A DNA stretch of 64,000 nt, from contig JAZDPL010000058.1 in assembly GCA_043797665.1 (NCBI GenBank), positions 5,198 through 69,197 on the forward strand, in the 5' to 3' direction. Numbering within the stretch: the stretch's first letter is position 1; every line of letters starts with the position of its first letter. The notes beneath the pieces were generated by a model that was not told the origin of the DNA, did not search any database, and was given only the letters and a program-made list of their open reading frames with translations. Source of the stretch: Candidatus Omnitrophota bacterium (GTDB taxonomy: Bacteria; Ratteibacteria; UBA8468; MWAK01). Of the stretch, positions 50,403 through 61,720 are shown piece after piece. The translations under genes were made by a program, and so were the position numbers.

Positions 50403-50825
50403 ATGGTTGAGGTGGTAATCGTAGTAGGAAGTGAATCTGACCTGTCTTTTATTGCACCGGCGGAAGAGGTCTTAAAGAAAAATCGCGTCTCTTATCAGGT
50501 TAAGGTCCTCTCCGCACACCGCAATCCAAAAGAGACTGCGGCTTTCGCCCAAAAAGCAGCCGGTAACGGCATAAAAACAATCATTGCGGCAGCCGGCCTT
50601 TCGGCTGCCCTGCCCGGTTTTATTGCCAGCCACACGGAATTGCCGGTTATCGGAGTTCCGGTTCCGGCCGGTCATTTAACCGGCATCGATGCCCTGTTAG
50701 CGATTCTCCAGATGCCTGGCGGCGTACCGGTAGCCACCATGGGATTGGGCAAACAGGGACCAAAAAACGCAGCGTTGCTGGCACTTCGCATTTTAAAACT
50801 GACTAAAAAATCCAAAAATCACTGA
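50403..50825 (+). CDS. purE: N5-CAIR mutase
   Basis: GSESD, SAHR, AGLSAALPG, PVIGVP, QMPGGVPVAT. Confidence 0.95.
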   Translation: MVEVVIVVGSESDLSFIAPAEEVLKKNRVSYQVKVLSAHRNPKETAAFAQKAAGNGIKTIIAAAGLSAALPGFIASHTELPVIGVPVPAGHLTGIDALLAILQMPGGVPVATMGLGKQGPKNAALLALRILKLTKKSKNH

Positions 50826-50827
50826 AT

Positions 50828-50904
50828 TGTCATTCCTGCGGATAGTAAGCAGGAATCCATACTCGTAATTACTGGATTCCCGCTAAACCCTTGCGGGAAT
50901 GACA
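50828..50904. repeat. Inverted pair of GTCATTCCCG-family hairpins
   Basis: TGTCATTCCTGCGGATAGTAAGCAGGAATCCA and TGGATTCCCGC..GCGGGAATGACA. Confidence 0.87.
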
Positions 50905-50933
50905 CCTACTGTAGGATATTCGAAAGGAGGCAA

Positions 50934-51959
50934 ATGAAGATTGGAATTCTGACTGGCGGCGGTGATTGCCCGGGTCTAAATCCGGCAATTCGGGGTTGTG
51001 TCTATCGCGGCCTTGATTTTGGTTACGAATGTTTGGGCTTTCTGGAGGGATGGAAGGGAATTTCTGACGGGAATTACATCCCTTTAGGCTTAACAGAAGT
51101 GGAAAATATCATTGACCGGGGCGGTACTATTTTAGGTACCAGCCGTTATAACCCTTTCAAAAAAGAAGGCGGTACGGAGAAGGTGGAGGAAACGATACGC
51201 CGGGTCGGTATTGGCGCCCTGGTGGCAATGGGCGGCGAAGATACCTTAGGCGTGGCGAACAAACTTCACCAGCGGGGCTGTAAAGTTGTGGGTGTACCCA
51301 AAACGATGGACAACGACCTCTCGGCAACCGATTATACCTTCGGCTTTGATACCGCGGTTACCCGGGCCATTGAGGCGTGTAGGGCGTTATCCGACACCGG
51401 ACAGAGCCACCGCCGGATAATGATACTGGAAGTAATGGGCAGGCACGCCGGCTGGGTCGCTCTCTTCACCGCTTTAGGCTCCGGCGCTGACTGGGTTCTT
51501 CTGCCCGAATTCAAACCAGACCTGTCGGCAATGCTTAGACACCTCAAGGGTATCTACCAGCGGAAGAAATTTGCCCTGGTAATAATTTCGGAAGGTACCG
51601 ATTTTACTGAAGGAGCAGAAAAATCCGCCGGTGAAAAAGATTCCTTCGGTCACGTTATCCTGAAAAAACGCGGGGTGGGCGAGCAGATTGCCAATTACAT
51701 TGAGAAAGAAACCGGGATTGAAACCCGGGTTTCGGTCATTGGTCATATGCAGAGGGGCGGTGCACCAACCCTCTTTGACCGTATACTGGGCCTCCGGGCA
51801 GGCGCAAAGGCTGCGGAACTTGTTTCCGAAGGCAAATTTGGAATGATGGCAGCATTAAAAGGACAGGAAGTGGTGGGCGTACCCCTGGCAGAAGCGGTAG
51901 CCCATCTGAAAATAGTTGACCAGAAGTGGTACGACCTGGCTGGCGTCTTCTTTAAATGA
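50934..51959 (+). CDS. pfk: 6-phosphofructokinase, PPi-dependent signature
   Basis: GGDCPGLN, GGED, PKTMDND, MGR. Confidence 0.88.
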   Translation: MKIGILTGGGDCPGLNPAIRGCVYRGLDFGYECLGFLEGWKGISDGNYIPLGLTEVENIIDRGGTILGTSRYNPFKKEGGTEKVEETIRRVGIGALVAMGGEDTLGVANKLHQRGCKVVGVPKTMDNDLSATDYTFGFDTAVTRAIEACRALSDTGQSHRRIMILEVMGRHAGWVALFTALGSGADWVLLPEFKPDLSAMLRHLKGIYQRKKFALVIISEGTDFTEGAEKSAGEKDSFGHVILKKRGVGEQIANYIEKETGIETRVSVIGHMQRGGAPTLFDRILGLRAGAKAAELVSEGKFGMMAALKGQEVVGVPLAEAVAHLKIVDQKWYDLAGVFFK

Positions 51960-51972
51960 CTCGCAGAGACAA

Positions 51973-52161
51973 GTAAATTACCCCGTGCTTCCGCACGGGG
52001 CATTGGGACATTAAAAATGTTTGTATTCAACATTCATGGTAGGGGCTTGATTTATCATGCCCGCGGGTCGGATAAATCCGACCCCTACAATTTTGATTGC
52101 AAAACAACTCCAAAAGGAAACCCTTTCCTCCCCGTGCTACCGCACGGGGTATCCAGGGTTT
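51973..52161. mobile_element. IS200/IS605-like miniature element (PATE-like) containing a REP doublet
   Basis: Two near-identical hairpins CCCCGTGC(TTCC/TACC)GCACGGGG at 51981-52000 and 52130-52149; REP doublet at 52039-52088. Confidence 0.6.
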
Positions 52162-52168
52162 ATTTTTC

Positions 52169-53125
52169 ATGAAAATTGCGGTATTAACCACCGGTGGCGA
52201 TGCCCCCGGAATGAACCCGGCAATTCGGGCGGTCGTTCGCCGCTCCCTTGCTTTGGGCTGGGAAATCTGGGGAGTAGAACGAGGCTTCCAGGGCTTGGCT
52301 GACGACGACCTGCGACTGATGGAACACGGTTCGGTCAGCGGTATCATCAGCCAGGGCGGTACCGTCTTAAAAACGATTCGCTGCCCGGGATTTAAAGACC
52401 CCGGATTCAGACAAAAGTGTTACCAGAACTTAAACCGACGCGGAATTACAGGGCTGGTGGTCATCGGTGGCGACGGCTCCCTGGCAGCCGGCAGGCTCAT
52501 CGTAACCGAGAGTCCAATCTCACTGGCATTTATTCCAGCCAGCATTGACAACGACATTCCGGGAACCGACGAGACCATCGGATTCGATACTGCGGTCAAT
52601 ACCGCCCTGGAAGCAATTGACAAAATCAGAGACACCGCCACCAGTCACGAAAGGGTATTTCTGGTTGAGGTAATGGGTCGGGAAAAAGGATTCCTGGCAT
52701 TAGCGGTGGGCTTGGCGGCCGGTGCGGAAGTAACCCTGATTCCGGAAATACCGTCTACCACTGAAAAAGTGGCCGATATCCTTCTGGAAGGACAGAAAAA
52801 AGGGAAACACAGTATGATTGTAGTGGTGGCGGAAGGTGCGGCAGAAGTGACTGATTTAGCAGAAAAGATTGGCGCCAGATATCCGGGCGAAGTACGTTAT
52901 TCCATCTTAGGTTACATTCAGAGGGGCGGCGCACCTTCGGCGCGGAGCCGTTATTTAGCCTTTCTCTTCGGCAGCCGGGCAATAGAAGCGCTGGCTGAAG
53001 GTCAGAAAGCGGTATTCGTCGGTCTGGAAGCCGAGAAGGTAATCACCCGGAACCTTCTGGAAGTCTTTCCCAAGAAAACCGTGGACCAAAACGTCTTCCG
53101 CTTGGCCCACCTCCTCTCCGCGTAA
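52169..53125 (+). CDS. pfkA: 6-phosphofructokinase, ATP-dependent signature
   Basis: GGDAPGMN, GGDGS, PASIDND, MGR; ATG at 52169. Confidence 0.92.
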   Translation: MKIAVLTTGGDAPGMNPAIRAVVRRSLALGWEIWGVERGFQGLADDDLRLMEHGSVSGIISQGGTVLKTIRCPGFKDPGFRQKCYQNLNRRGITGLVVIGGDGSLAAGRLIVTESPISLAFIPASIDNDIPGTDETIGFDTAVNTALEAIDKIRDTATSHERVFLVEVMGREKGFLALAVGLAAGAEVTLIPEIPSTTEKVADILLEGQKKGKHSMIVVVAEGAAEVTDLAEKIGARYPGEVRYSILGYIQRGGAPSARSRYLAFLFGSRAIEALAEGQKAVFVGLEAEKVITRNLLEVFPKKTVDQNVFRLAHLLSA

Positions 53126-53126
53126 C

Positions 53127-53221
53127 GTCATTGCAGAAGCGTGGCAATCCGACGTCCTTTGTCATTGCAAGGGTACCCTTACAGATGAATCTGTAAGGGG
53201 CGTAGTATGCGTGGCAATCTC
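53127..53221. repeat. GTCATTGC...GTGGCAATC repeats, one carrying the 24-bp hairpin
   Basis: GTCATTGCAGAAGCGTGGCAATCC; GTCATTGCAA-gggta-CCCTTACAGATGAATCTGTAAGGG-..CGTGGCAATCTC. Confidence 0.7.
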
Positions 53222-53225
53222 ATCC

Positions 53226-53858
53226 TTAGTGGTTTTTCAAATAATAAACCAGATTTTCCAGTTCCATCGCCATATCCACGCTCTTAATCTGGACATTATC
53301 GGGAATGACCAGATAACGGGGCGCAAAGTTAAAGATAGCCTCTATTCCGCTGTTTACCAACCTGCGGGCGATATCCTGGGCAGAATCCGCCGGTACGCTT
53401 ATTATCGCTACTTTGACCCGGTGCTTTTTGATAAACTTCTCCATCTCCCGGTCAGCCAGAACTTTAATGCCGCCGGTTATCTTACCGATTTTGGCGGGGT
53501 TATTGTCAAAAGCAGCCAGAATCTTAAAACCGAAACGCTTAAAACCCGGGTAAGTAAGGAGCGCGGTTCCTAACTTTCCCACACCGACCAGGACGACCTT
53601 CCATCTACGGTCAATACCTAAAATTTCTTCAATGCTGCTCCGTAACCGGCGTACACTATATCCTACACCAGGCCGACCGAAAGAACCAAAATAAGCTAAG
53701 TCCTTACGTGCCTGGGCACTGGTAATGTGCAGGTGCCTGGTGAGCCGCTCCGAGGAAATGACCCGGATACCCTGCTTCTCCAAAAACCGCAGGATACGCA
53801 GGTAGAGCGAAAGCCTCCGGACCGTTTCTTCCGGAATACTCCAACGCCTTTTTCTCAT
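53226..53858 (-). CDS. rex: Redox-sensing transcriptional repressor Rex
   Basis: IPEETVRRLSLY, RKDLAYFGSFGRPGVGY, VGVGKLG, NFAP; ATG at 53858. Confidence 0.95.
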   Translation of the reverse strand: MRKRRWSIPEETVRRLSLYLRILRFLEKQGIRVISSERLTRHLHITSAQARKDLAYFGSFGRPGVGYSVRRLRSSIEEILGIDRRWKVVLVGVGKLGTALLTYPGFKRFGFKILAAFDNNPAKIGKITGGIKVLADREMEKFIKKHRVKVAIISVPADSAQDIARRLVNSGIEAIFNFAPRYLVIPDNVQIKSVDMAMELENLVYYLKNH

Positions 53859-53895
53859 GACCCTCCCAGTAAATACTACACGCAGGAACAGGTTC

Positions 53896-53927
53896 TGGAT
53901 TCCCGCTAACCACACGCGGGAATGACA
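53896..53927. repeat. GTCATTCCCG-family hairpin repeat
   Basis: TGGATTCCCGC-taaccacac-GCGGGAATGACA. Confidence 0.85.
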
Positions 53928-53983
53928 TGGGGTTGACTGAGTATTTACATTTATTATACTATAATTATGTCTGGAGGTGTAAA

Positions 53984-54676
53984 ATGAAGACAAGAATATT
54001 CAAGTCAAATCTCCTGAATGTAGGGGTCGGATTTATCCGACCCGCGGGCTTGATGAATCAAGCCCCTACCGTTTGGATTAACAGGGGTATAAATTCCTGT
54101 AGGTTCAAATTCCTGTTGATTCTTGTTCTCTTTTTGTTACCGTTGGTAACTGCGGCGGAGAATACCGGAAATGTTTTAGCCAAACTCAGTGTGGAAATCA
54201 GGGGGAAAACCATCCCCATCAACGGTGCCCAGGTTACGGTTATGGATAAGACTCTTGACTTGGAAGCGATTGATATCCGAGCAAAGTGGCAGACCCAGAG
54301 TAACCTGTCTGACAACATCCGTCAGCAGAATAGTAATAATGTCATCAGTTTCGAAAAGTGGTTTAATCTGGTATCCAAAACCCAGGATAAGACCTACCAC
54401 CTCTATCGGTATGCCTACCTCGTTAAGGCAATTGAAAACAGTCGCTGCGCGGGCCGGACCCAGATTCGTCACGGCATTGTGAGTAAACGTACCGACCATA
54501 ACGGTGAAGTTTTGATACGCTACCTTAAACCGGGCAACTATTACCTGGGCGCCTACCGTAAAAGGGGGAAGATTCTGGTCGTCTGGATAGTACCTTTTTC
54601 CATCGGCGCCGGACAGTCTACCGAACTCACCCTTAATAACAGCAACGCCTACGAAATCTACCATCCGGACATGTAA
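53984..54676 (+). CDS. Exported hypothetical protein (prealbumin/carboxypeptidase-regulatory-like beta fold)
   Basis: SD GGAGGTG, hydrophobic segment, RTDHNG..LKPGNYYL..LTLNNSN; REP doublet within the N-terminal codons. Confidence 0.6.
   Translation: MKTRIFKSNLLNVGVGFIRPAGLMNQAPTVWINRGINSCRFKFLLILVLFLLPLVTAAENTGNVLAKLSVEIRGKTIPINGAQVTVMDKTLDLEAIDIRAKWQTQSNLSDNIRQQNSNNVISFEKWFNLVSKTQDKTYHLYRYAYLVKAIENSRCAGRTQIRHGIVSKRTDHNGEVLIRYLKPGNYYLGAYRKRGKILVVWIVPFSIGAGQSTELTLNNSNAYEIYHPDM
54020..54069. repeat. GTAG-family REP doublet inside CDS
   Basis: GTAGGGGTCGGATTTATCCGACCC-GC-GGGCTTGATGAATCAAGCCCCTAC. Confidence 0.9.
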
Positions 54677-54680
54677 TAAA

Positions 54681-57266
54681 ATGGTTTACAGAGGGAGGAA
54701 AACACAGGAAATCTCGTTCCCATTGGGCGGAATCGGAACCGGCTGCATCGGGCTTGCCGGCAACGGACTTCTGAAAGACTGGGAGATATTCAACAAACCC
54801 AATAAAGGAAGTTTTAACGGCTTCTCCCATTTTGCGGTCAAGGCGGAATCCGGGAACAAGGTTTTAGACACCAGAGTTCTGGTAAGTGATGAATACCCGC
54901 CGTTCACCGGTGCCGACAAGGCTGCATACAGCGGTTTTGGTTTTGGACTTTCGCGCTCTACCCTTCAGGGCATTCCCCATTTTCAATCTTCGGAATTTAC
55001 CGGCGAGTTCCCCTTCGCCACCATAAGGTTTAAAGACAAAAAATTCCCGGGCAAGGTAAGCCTGCAAGCCTTCAATCCGTTCATCCCTTTAAATGACCGG
55101 GATTCCAGCCTTCCGGCGGCTTTCTTTACCGTCACAATCAAGAACAATACGACACGAAAAATTCCGTACACCGTTAGTGCAGTCTTGAAAAATCCGCAGG
55201 GCAAAAAGAGTTACCACCGGTTCCATCAATCAGGTACGCAAAAGGTGCTTAATTTGAGTTCTAAAGAATGGCAGGGAAGCGAGCCGGAATACGGGAACTT
55301 ATCATTAGCCACTGATGCGGAAGATTACAGTTATCAGGAATACTGGTACCGGGGCGGCTGGTTTGATAATTTAGGCGTATACTGGAGAGACTTTACACAA
55401 CCGGGGAAGTTTAAGAACCGTTCTTACCCGTATGACGGAAAAAACTACGACGACCACGCGGATTTGGCGGCTCACTTCTCACTCAATCCCGGCGAAACAA
55501 AAGAAGCAAGGTTTGTCCTCACCTGGAACTTCCCGAATATGACCAACTACTGGAACCCGGAACCTGGCGATAAGGAAAAAGATTGTAAACCAAAAACGTG
55601 GAAGAATTATTACGCCACGATCTTTAAAGATTCTACGGAGAGTGCCGGATATGCGCTCCGGAACTGGAACCGGCTTTACGAAGAGACCTTACGATTCAAA
55701 AAAACCTTGTTTTCTTCCACGGTTCCGGACTACGTAATGGATGCGGTTTCCGCCAATCTTTCTATTCTGAAATCACCCACGGTTTTGCGTTTAGAAGACG
55801 GTTCGTTTTACGGCTTTGAAGGCTGCAGTGCTACCGGTGGCTGCTGTGAAGGCTCCTGCACCCATGTCTGGAACTACGCCTACGCCCTGCCCTTTCTTTT
55901 CCCTGAATTAGAACGCTCCATGCGGAACTTAGAATATAAATATAGTATGCGGCCGGACGGCAAGATAGGCTTCCGCCTGCAGATGCCGATAGGCAGACCG
56001 CTCTGGGACTGGCATGCCTGTGCGGACGGGCAGTTCGGCGGCATAATCAAGTCATACCGTGACTGGAAAATCAGCGGAGACAGCCATTGGCTGAAATCAA
56101 TCTGGGAAAGTATTAAAAAAACACTTGAGTTTGCCTGGGCAGAAACTAACGAGGACAAATGGGATTCGGATAAAGATGGGGTCTTAGAAGGCAGACAGCA
56201 CCATACCTTAGATACCGAACTCTTTGGTCCCAACTCTTACTTAACCGGCTTCTACCTGGCCGCCCTGAAAGCCGCTTCCAAGATGGCCGACTACTTTGGT
56301 GAAAAAGATAACGCAAAGAAATATCAGAATCTTTTTCTCAAGGGCAAAAGATGGTCTGACCAAAACCTCTTTAACGGCGAATATTACTTTCAAAAAATAG
56401 ACCTCAAGGATAAATCCGTCTTAGAAAGGTACCGGGAATTTGACCGGAAATTTGGAAGCAGCGTGGAAGAGTTTTACTGGGATACAGAACATCAGGAGAT
56501 AAAACATCAGATTGGCAACGGCTGTCATTGCGACCAGGTTGTCGCACAGTGGCACGCCAATATCTGCGGTTTGGGCGAGATATTTGACCGGAAGAAGGTC
56601 AAAAAAGCGCTCAAATCCATTTACCGGTATAACTTCAAAAAAACGATGCGGGACTTCTTCAACGCCTGCCGTATTTTTGCTCTCAACGACGAATCCGCTC
56701 TGGTCATCTGCGACTGGCCCAAAAAAGGCAAACCCGCGGTCCCTCTGACCTATGCGGAAGAAGCGATGAACGGCTTTGAATATCAGGCAGCCATCCATAT
56801 GCTCCAGGAAGGATTGGTAAAAGAAGGCTTAGAGGTGGTAAAAGCAATCCGGGACCGTTACGACGGCGAAAAACGAAATCCCTGGAATGAGTTTGAGTGC
56901 GGGAGTAATTATGCCCGGTCAACCGCATCTTACGCCCTATTACCGGCCCTGTCCGGATTTGAGTTTGATATGGTCAAAGGGCACCTCGGGTTCCATCCGG
57001 TTCGCGAAGAAAAAAAATGTCAGTACTTCTGGTCTTTGGATTGCGCCTGGGGAACCTATCAAAGGAATAACCGTAAGATTACTCTTAAGGTTGAAAAAGG
57101 AATCCTCCAGTTAAAAAGTTTCAGCGACAGCCTTTTGAAAACAGTCAGGGCGGTAAAAACTAATACCGGAAGATTCCAGAAAGAGGGGAATCACATAACC
57201 TTTTCCGAACCGGTAACGCTTAAATCCGGCGAAAAACTTACTATTGAAATTCTAAACGCAGGCTAA
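54681..57266 (+). CDS. GH116 family glycoside hydrolase (non-lysosomal glucosylceramidase-like)
   Basis: FPLGGIGTG, SSLPAA, GSCTHVWNY, DGQFG, NPWNEFECGSNYARS. Confidence 0.88.
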   Translation: MVYRGRKTQEISFPLGGIGTGCIGLAGNGLLKDWEIFNKPNKGSFNGFSHFAVKAESGNKVLDTRVLVSDEYPPFTGADKAAYSGFGFGLSRSTLQGIPHFQSSEFTGEFPFATIRFKDKKFPGKVSLQAFNPFIPLNDRDSSLPAAFFTVTIKNNTTRKIPYTVSAVLKNPQGKKSYHRFHQSGTQKVLNLSSKEWQGSEPEYGNLSLATDAEDYSYQEYWYRGGWFDNLGVYWRDFTQPGKFKNRSYPYDGKNYDDHADLAAHFSLNPGETKEARFVLTWNFPNMTNYWNPEPGDKEKDCKPKTWKNYYATIFKDSTESAGYALRNWNRLYEETLRFKKTLFSSTVPDYVMDAVSANLSILKSPTVLRLEDGSFYGFEGCSATGGCCEGSCTHVWNYAYALPFLFPELERSMRNLEYKYSMRPDGKIGFRLQMPIGRPLWDWHACADGQFGGIIKSYRDWKISGDSHWLKSIWESIKKTLEFAWAETNEDKWDSDKDGVLEGRQHHTLDTELFGPNSYLTGFYLAALKAASKMADYFGEKDNAKKYQNLFLKGKRWSDQNLFNGEYYFQKIDLKDKSVLERYREFDRKFGSSVEEFYWDTEHQEIKHQIGNGCHCDQVVAQWHANICGLGEIFDRKKVKKALKSIYRYNFKKTMRDFFNACRIFALNDESALVICDWPKKGKPAVPLTYAEEAMNGFEYQAAIHMLQEGLVKEGLEVVKAIRDRYDGEKRNPWNEFECGSNYARSTASYALLPALSGFEFDMVKGHLGFHPVREEKKCQYFWSLDCAWGTYQRNNRKITLKVEKGILQLKSFSDSLLKTVRAVKTNTGRFQKEGNHITFSEPVTLKSGEKLTIEILNAG

Positions 57267-57328
57267 ACCCTGCGGCTACCTGTAGCGGTGCGATTTATCG
57301 CACCTGTAGGGCAAGGCTTTAGCCTTGC
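57258..57328. repeat. Cluster of three variant GTAG REP palindromes
   Basis: GCAGGCTAAACCCTGCGGCTAC; GTAGCGGTGCGATTTATCGCACC; GTAGGGCAAGGCTTTAGCCTTGC. Confidence 0.72.
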
Positions 57329-57333
57329 TTCCT

Positions 57334-59386
<2,053 letters not shown>

Positions 59387-59409
59387 TTAGGTTTGCATAT
59401 CAAATAAAT

Positions 59410-59468
59410 GTAGGGGGCGGATTCATCCGCCCCGCTACTCTTTCGGGCTCAATGAATTGAGCCCCTAC
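59410..59468. repeat. GTAG-family REP doublet
   Basis: GTAGGGGGCGGATTCATCCGCCCC...GGGCTCAATGAATTGAGCCCCTAC. Confidence 0.88.
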
Positions 59469-59471
59469 GTT

Positions 59472-60593
59472 TTAAATGTTAGTTAAATAAAAAACCATTT
59501 TATTATAATATTCGCTTGCCCGCTCTTCTTCCCAGCAGGTCCCCGCAAATATAATCCTCTTGTTTTTTACGTCTTTCAATTTCTCTAAATCCTGTCGGGA
59601 ACGCCGGATAATCTCTTCTTTGGTACTCTTTGCCCGTTCGCTGAAGTTCATATAGGCGTCGTCCACGTAACCGGAAACAAAGACGATTTTGTCCCCGGTC
59701 TTCTCCGCCATCTTGTTGATGGGAAATTCGTGGAAGTCCACACCCATAAGACCTTTCGTACCTAAAAGGTTTCCGGCCTGGTGGATGTAGTCTCCGCAGG
59801 AGTGGAGGAAGACACCGCCAAATTCCCGGGCAATCATTTCGTTGTAGGGTACCACAAACTCCGCGTATATCTTAGGTGAGATTACCGCTAAATAATCATC
59901 GCTCAGATGAATCCCGTAGGGAAGCCAGTTGCCGTGGCTGTAACAGAAGATATTGGTTACCTTCTCTTCAAAAGTGCGCACCATACTGATTATGGTTTCG
60001 GCAACCATCTTCATCAGGAGGTGTACTTCCTGAGGATGGGTGTAGACCGCTTCAAACAACCGGGTATCCTGCATTACAATACCTGCGGTATCCACCGGAC
60101 CCTGAATATCCGGAAGGGATATCGGAAATCCAGGACCGACCTTGTCCCGGAAGTAAAGCGCCTTCTCTAACGCTAAGTTAAATATCGAGGCTTTCTTTAT
60201 GTCCGGCTTCAGATGAACAATGTCTTTCGGGTCATCAATGATGTGTTCGGTCCAGGGCAGTTTGTCCTCAAAAAATCTGGTCGGACAACCGAAGGCTGAG
60301 GCGATAGTACCAACACCCGCGCTGGGAGACAAAGAAAAGAGGGCGTCGTCTTTAAATTTAGCGGACAACTTCTGCTGGAATCCTTTAATCTGCTCTTCCA
60401 AATGAAACTGATGGTCCTTTATCGCCCGGGCTGAATTTCCACTGCCCTCTGCCTGTTTTTCTAAAGAGAAGTCTTCATACTTACCGATATTGAAAAAGAA
60501 CGGTAAACGGTCCAACGGCTTTCTCTCGTAAAAACTGGTAATTCTTTTCTTTATCCCGGCTATCTCTTCCTTGGATTTATTCGGTATTTCCAT
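59472..60593 (-). CDS. Uroporphyrinogen decarboxylase / MtaA-CmuA superfamily protein
   Basis: ASAFGC, DIQGPVD, SDD..ISP..YAEFVVPY, LHSCG. Confidence 0.75.
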   Translation of the reverse strand: MEIPNKSKEEIAGIKKRITSFYERKPLDRLPFFFNIGKYEDFSLEKQAEGSGNSARAIKDHQFHLEEQIKGFQQKLSAKFKDDALFSLSPSAGVGTIASAFGCPTRFFEDKLPWTEHIIDDPKDIVHLKPDIKKASIFNLALEKALYFRDKVGPGFPISLPDIQGPVDTAGIVMQDTRLFEAVYTHPQEVHLLMKMVAETIISMVRTFEEKVTNIFCYSHGNWLPYGIHLSDDYLAVISPKIYAEFVVPYNEMIAREFGGVFLHSCGDYIHQAGNLLGTKGLMGVDFHEFPINKMAEKTGDKIVFVSGYVDDAYMNFSERAKSTKEEIIRRSRQDLEKLKDVKNKRIIFAGTCWEEERASEYYNKMVFYLTNI

Positions 60594-60606
60594 AATCATA
60601 GTTATA

Positions 60607-61659
60607 TTATAACTCAAAAGTGGTAATTTCGCGCAGTCCGTCGCCGAAAAGGTTATAAGTCAGGACCGTTACAAAAATAAGGAGACCCGGGATAAGCATC
60701 CAGGAATGGTAAAAAATTACTTCCAGATTACCCATCGCGCCGGAGAGGATATTACCCCAACTGGCTTGCGGTTCCTGGATTCCCAGGCCAATCAGAGAAA
60801 GGGCTGATTCCGCCAGAATATAGCCGGGTACGGAAAGAGCCGCGGCAGTAATGGTATAGGAAAAAGTCTGGGGCAGGATATGGTGCCAGATGATGCGCTG
60901 ACCGGAAAATCCTAAGGTCCGGGCAGCCACGATGTAATCCTCTTCCCGGATAGAAAGCACCATTCCCCGGACTACCCGGGCTAAACTTGCCCAGCCGATT
61001 AAAGAGAGAATGGCTACCACCATCAGATACACCTGAAAAGAAGAGAGGGTCGTTGGGAAAACCGCCCGGAGGGCCAAAATGAGATAAAACCCGGGAAAAG
61101 ACATCAAAAGTTCGGAAAAGCGCATCAGAATGTTATCTACCTTTCCACCGTAATAACCGGCGATGCCGCCAAAGAAAAGTCCCAACGAAAAAGATATGGC
61201 TACTCCTAACAGCCCCACCGAAAGTGAAATACGGCCGCCGTATAGTATCCGGCTGAAAACGTCCCGGCCGAACTGGTCACTGCCTGATAAATAAATCTTC
61301 GCCGGTTCTTCCACACCAACCAGATAGCGGTCAAACGGAATGAAACCGAATAGTTTCCGGACCGTACCTTTGAACCAAAAATGGATGAAATAAGGCTGGG
61401 AAAGGTCAGGTTGATAAGCAATCTCATCCTTTCCCGGGGGCAAATAATTATAGACAAATGGCCTCAGATGCCAGGTACCATTTGCCTCTTGAAAATGGAT
61501 TCTGGTGGGCGGACAGAAAGGCTTGGTACGCTCCTGTTGGTCGTAAGGATAAAGCGCCAGAACGTCGGCAAAAAAAGCCGCCCCATAAAGGAACACCAGC
61601 ACCCAAAAACTGACGTAAGCAACCGGTTTTTTCTGCCGGAGACTCCGCAATAATTCCAT
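60607..61659 (-). CDS. Peptide/nickel ABC transporter permease (OppC/DppC)
   Basis: GSDQFGRDVFSRILYGGRISL, EAA-like YIVAARTLG, NLFGDGLR; upstream ATGs lie in a REP. Confidence 0.9.
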   Translation of the reverse strand: MELLRSLRQKKPVAYVSFWVLVFLYGAAFFADVLALYPYDQQERTKPFCPPTRIHFQEANGTWHLRPFVYNYLPPGKDEIAYQPDLSQPYFIHFWFKGTVRKLFGFIPFDRYLVGVEEPAKIYLSGSDQFGRDVFSRILYGGRISLSVGLLGVAISFSLGLFFGGIAGYYGGKVDNILMRFSELLMSFPGFYLILALRAVFPTTLSSFQVYLMVVAILSLIGWASLARVVRGMVLSIREEDYIVAARTLGFSGQRIIWHHILPQTFSYTITAAALSVPGYILAESALSLIGLGIQEPQASWGNILSGAMGNLEVIFYHSWMLIPGLLIFVTVLTYNLFGDGLREITTFEL

Positions 61660-61669
61660 GGCGTTTAGA

Positions 61670-61719
61670 GTAGGGGTTTGATTCATCAAACCCGCGGGTC
61701 GGATAAATCCGACCCCTAC
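61670..61719. repeat. GTAG-family REP doublet
   Basis: GTAGGGGTTTGATTCATCAAACCC-GC-GGGTCGGATAAATCCGACCCCTAC. Confidence 0.9.
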
Positions 61720-61720
61720 G

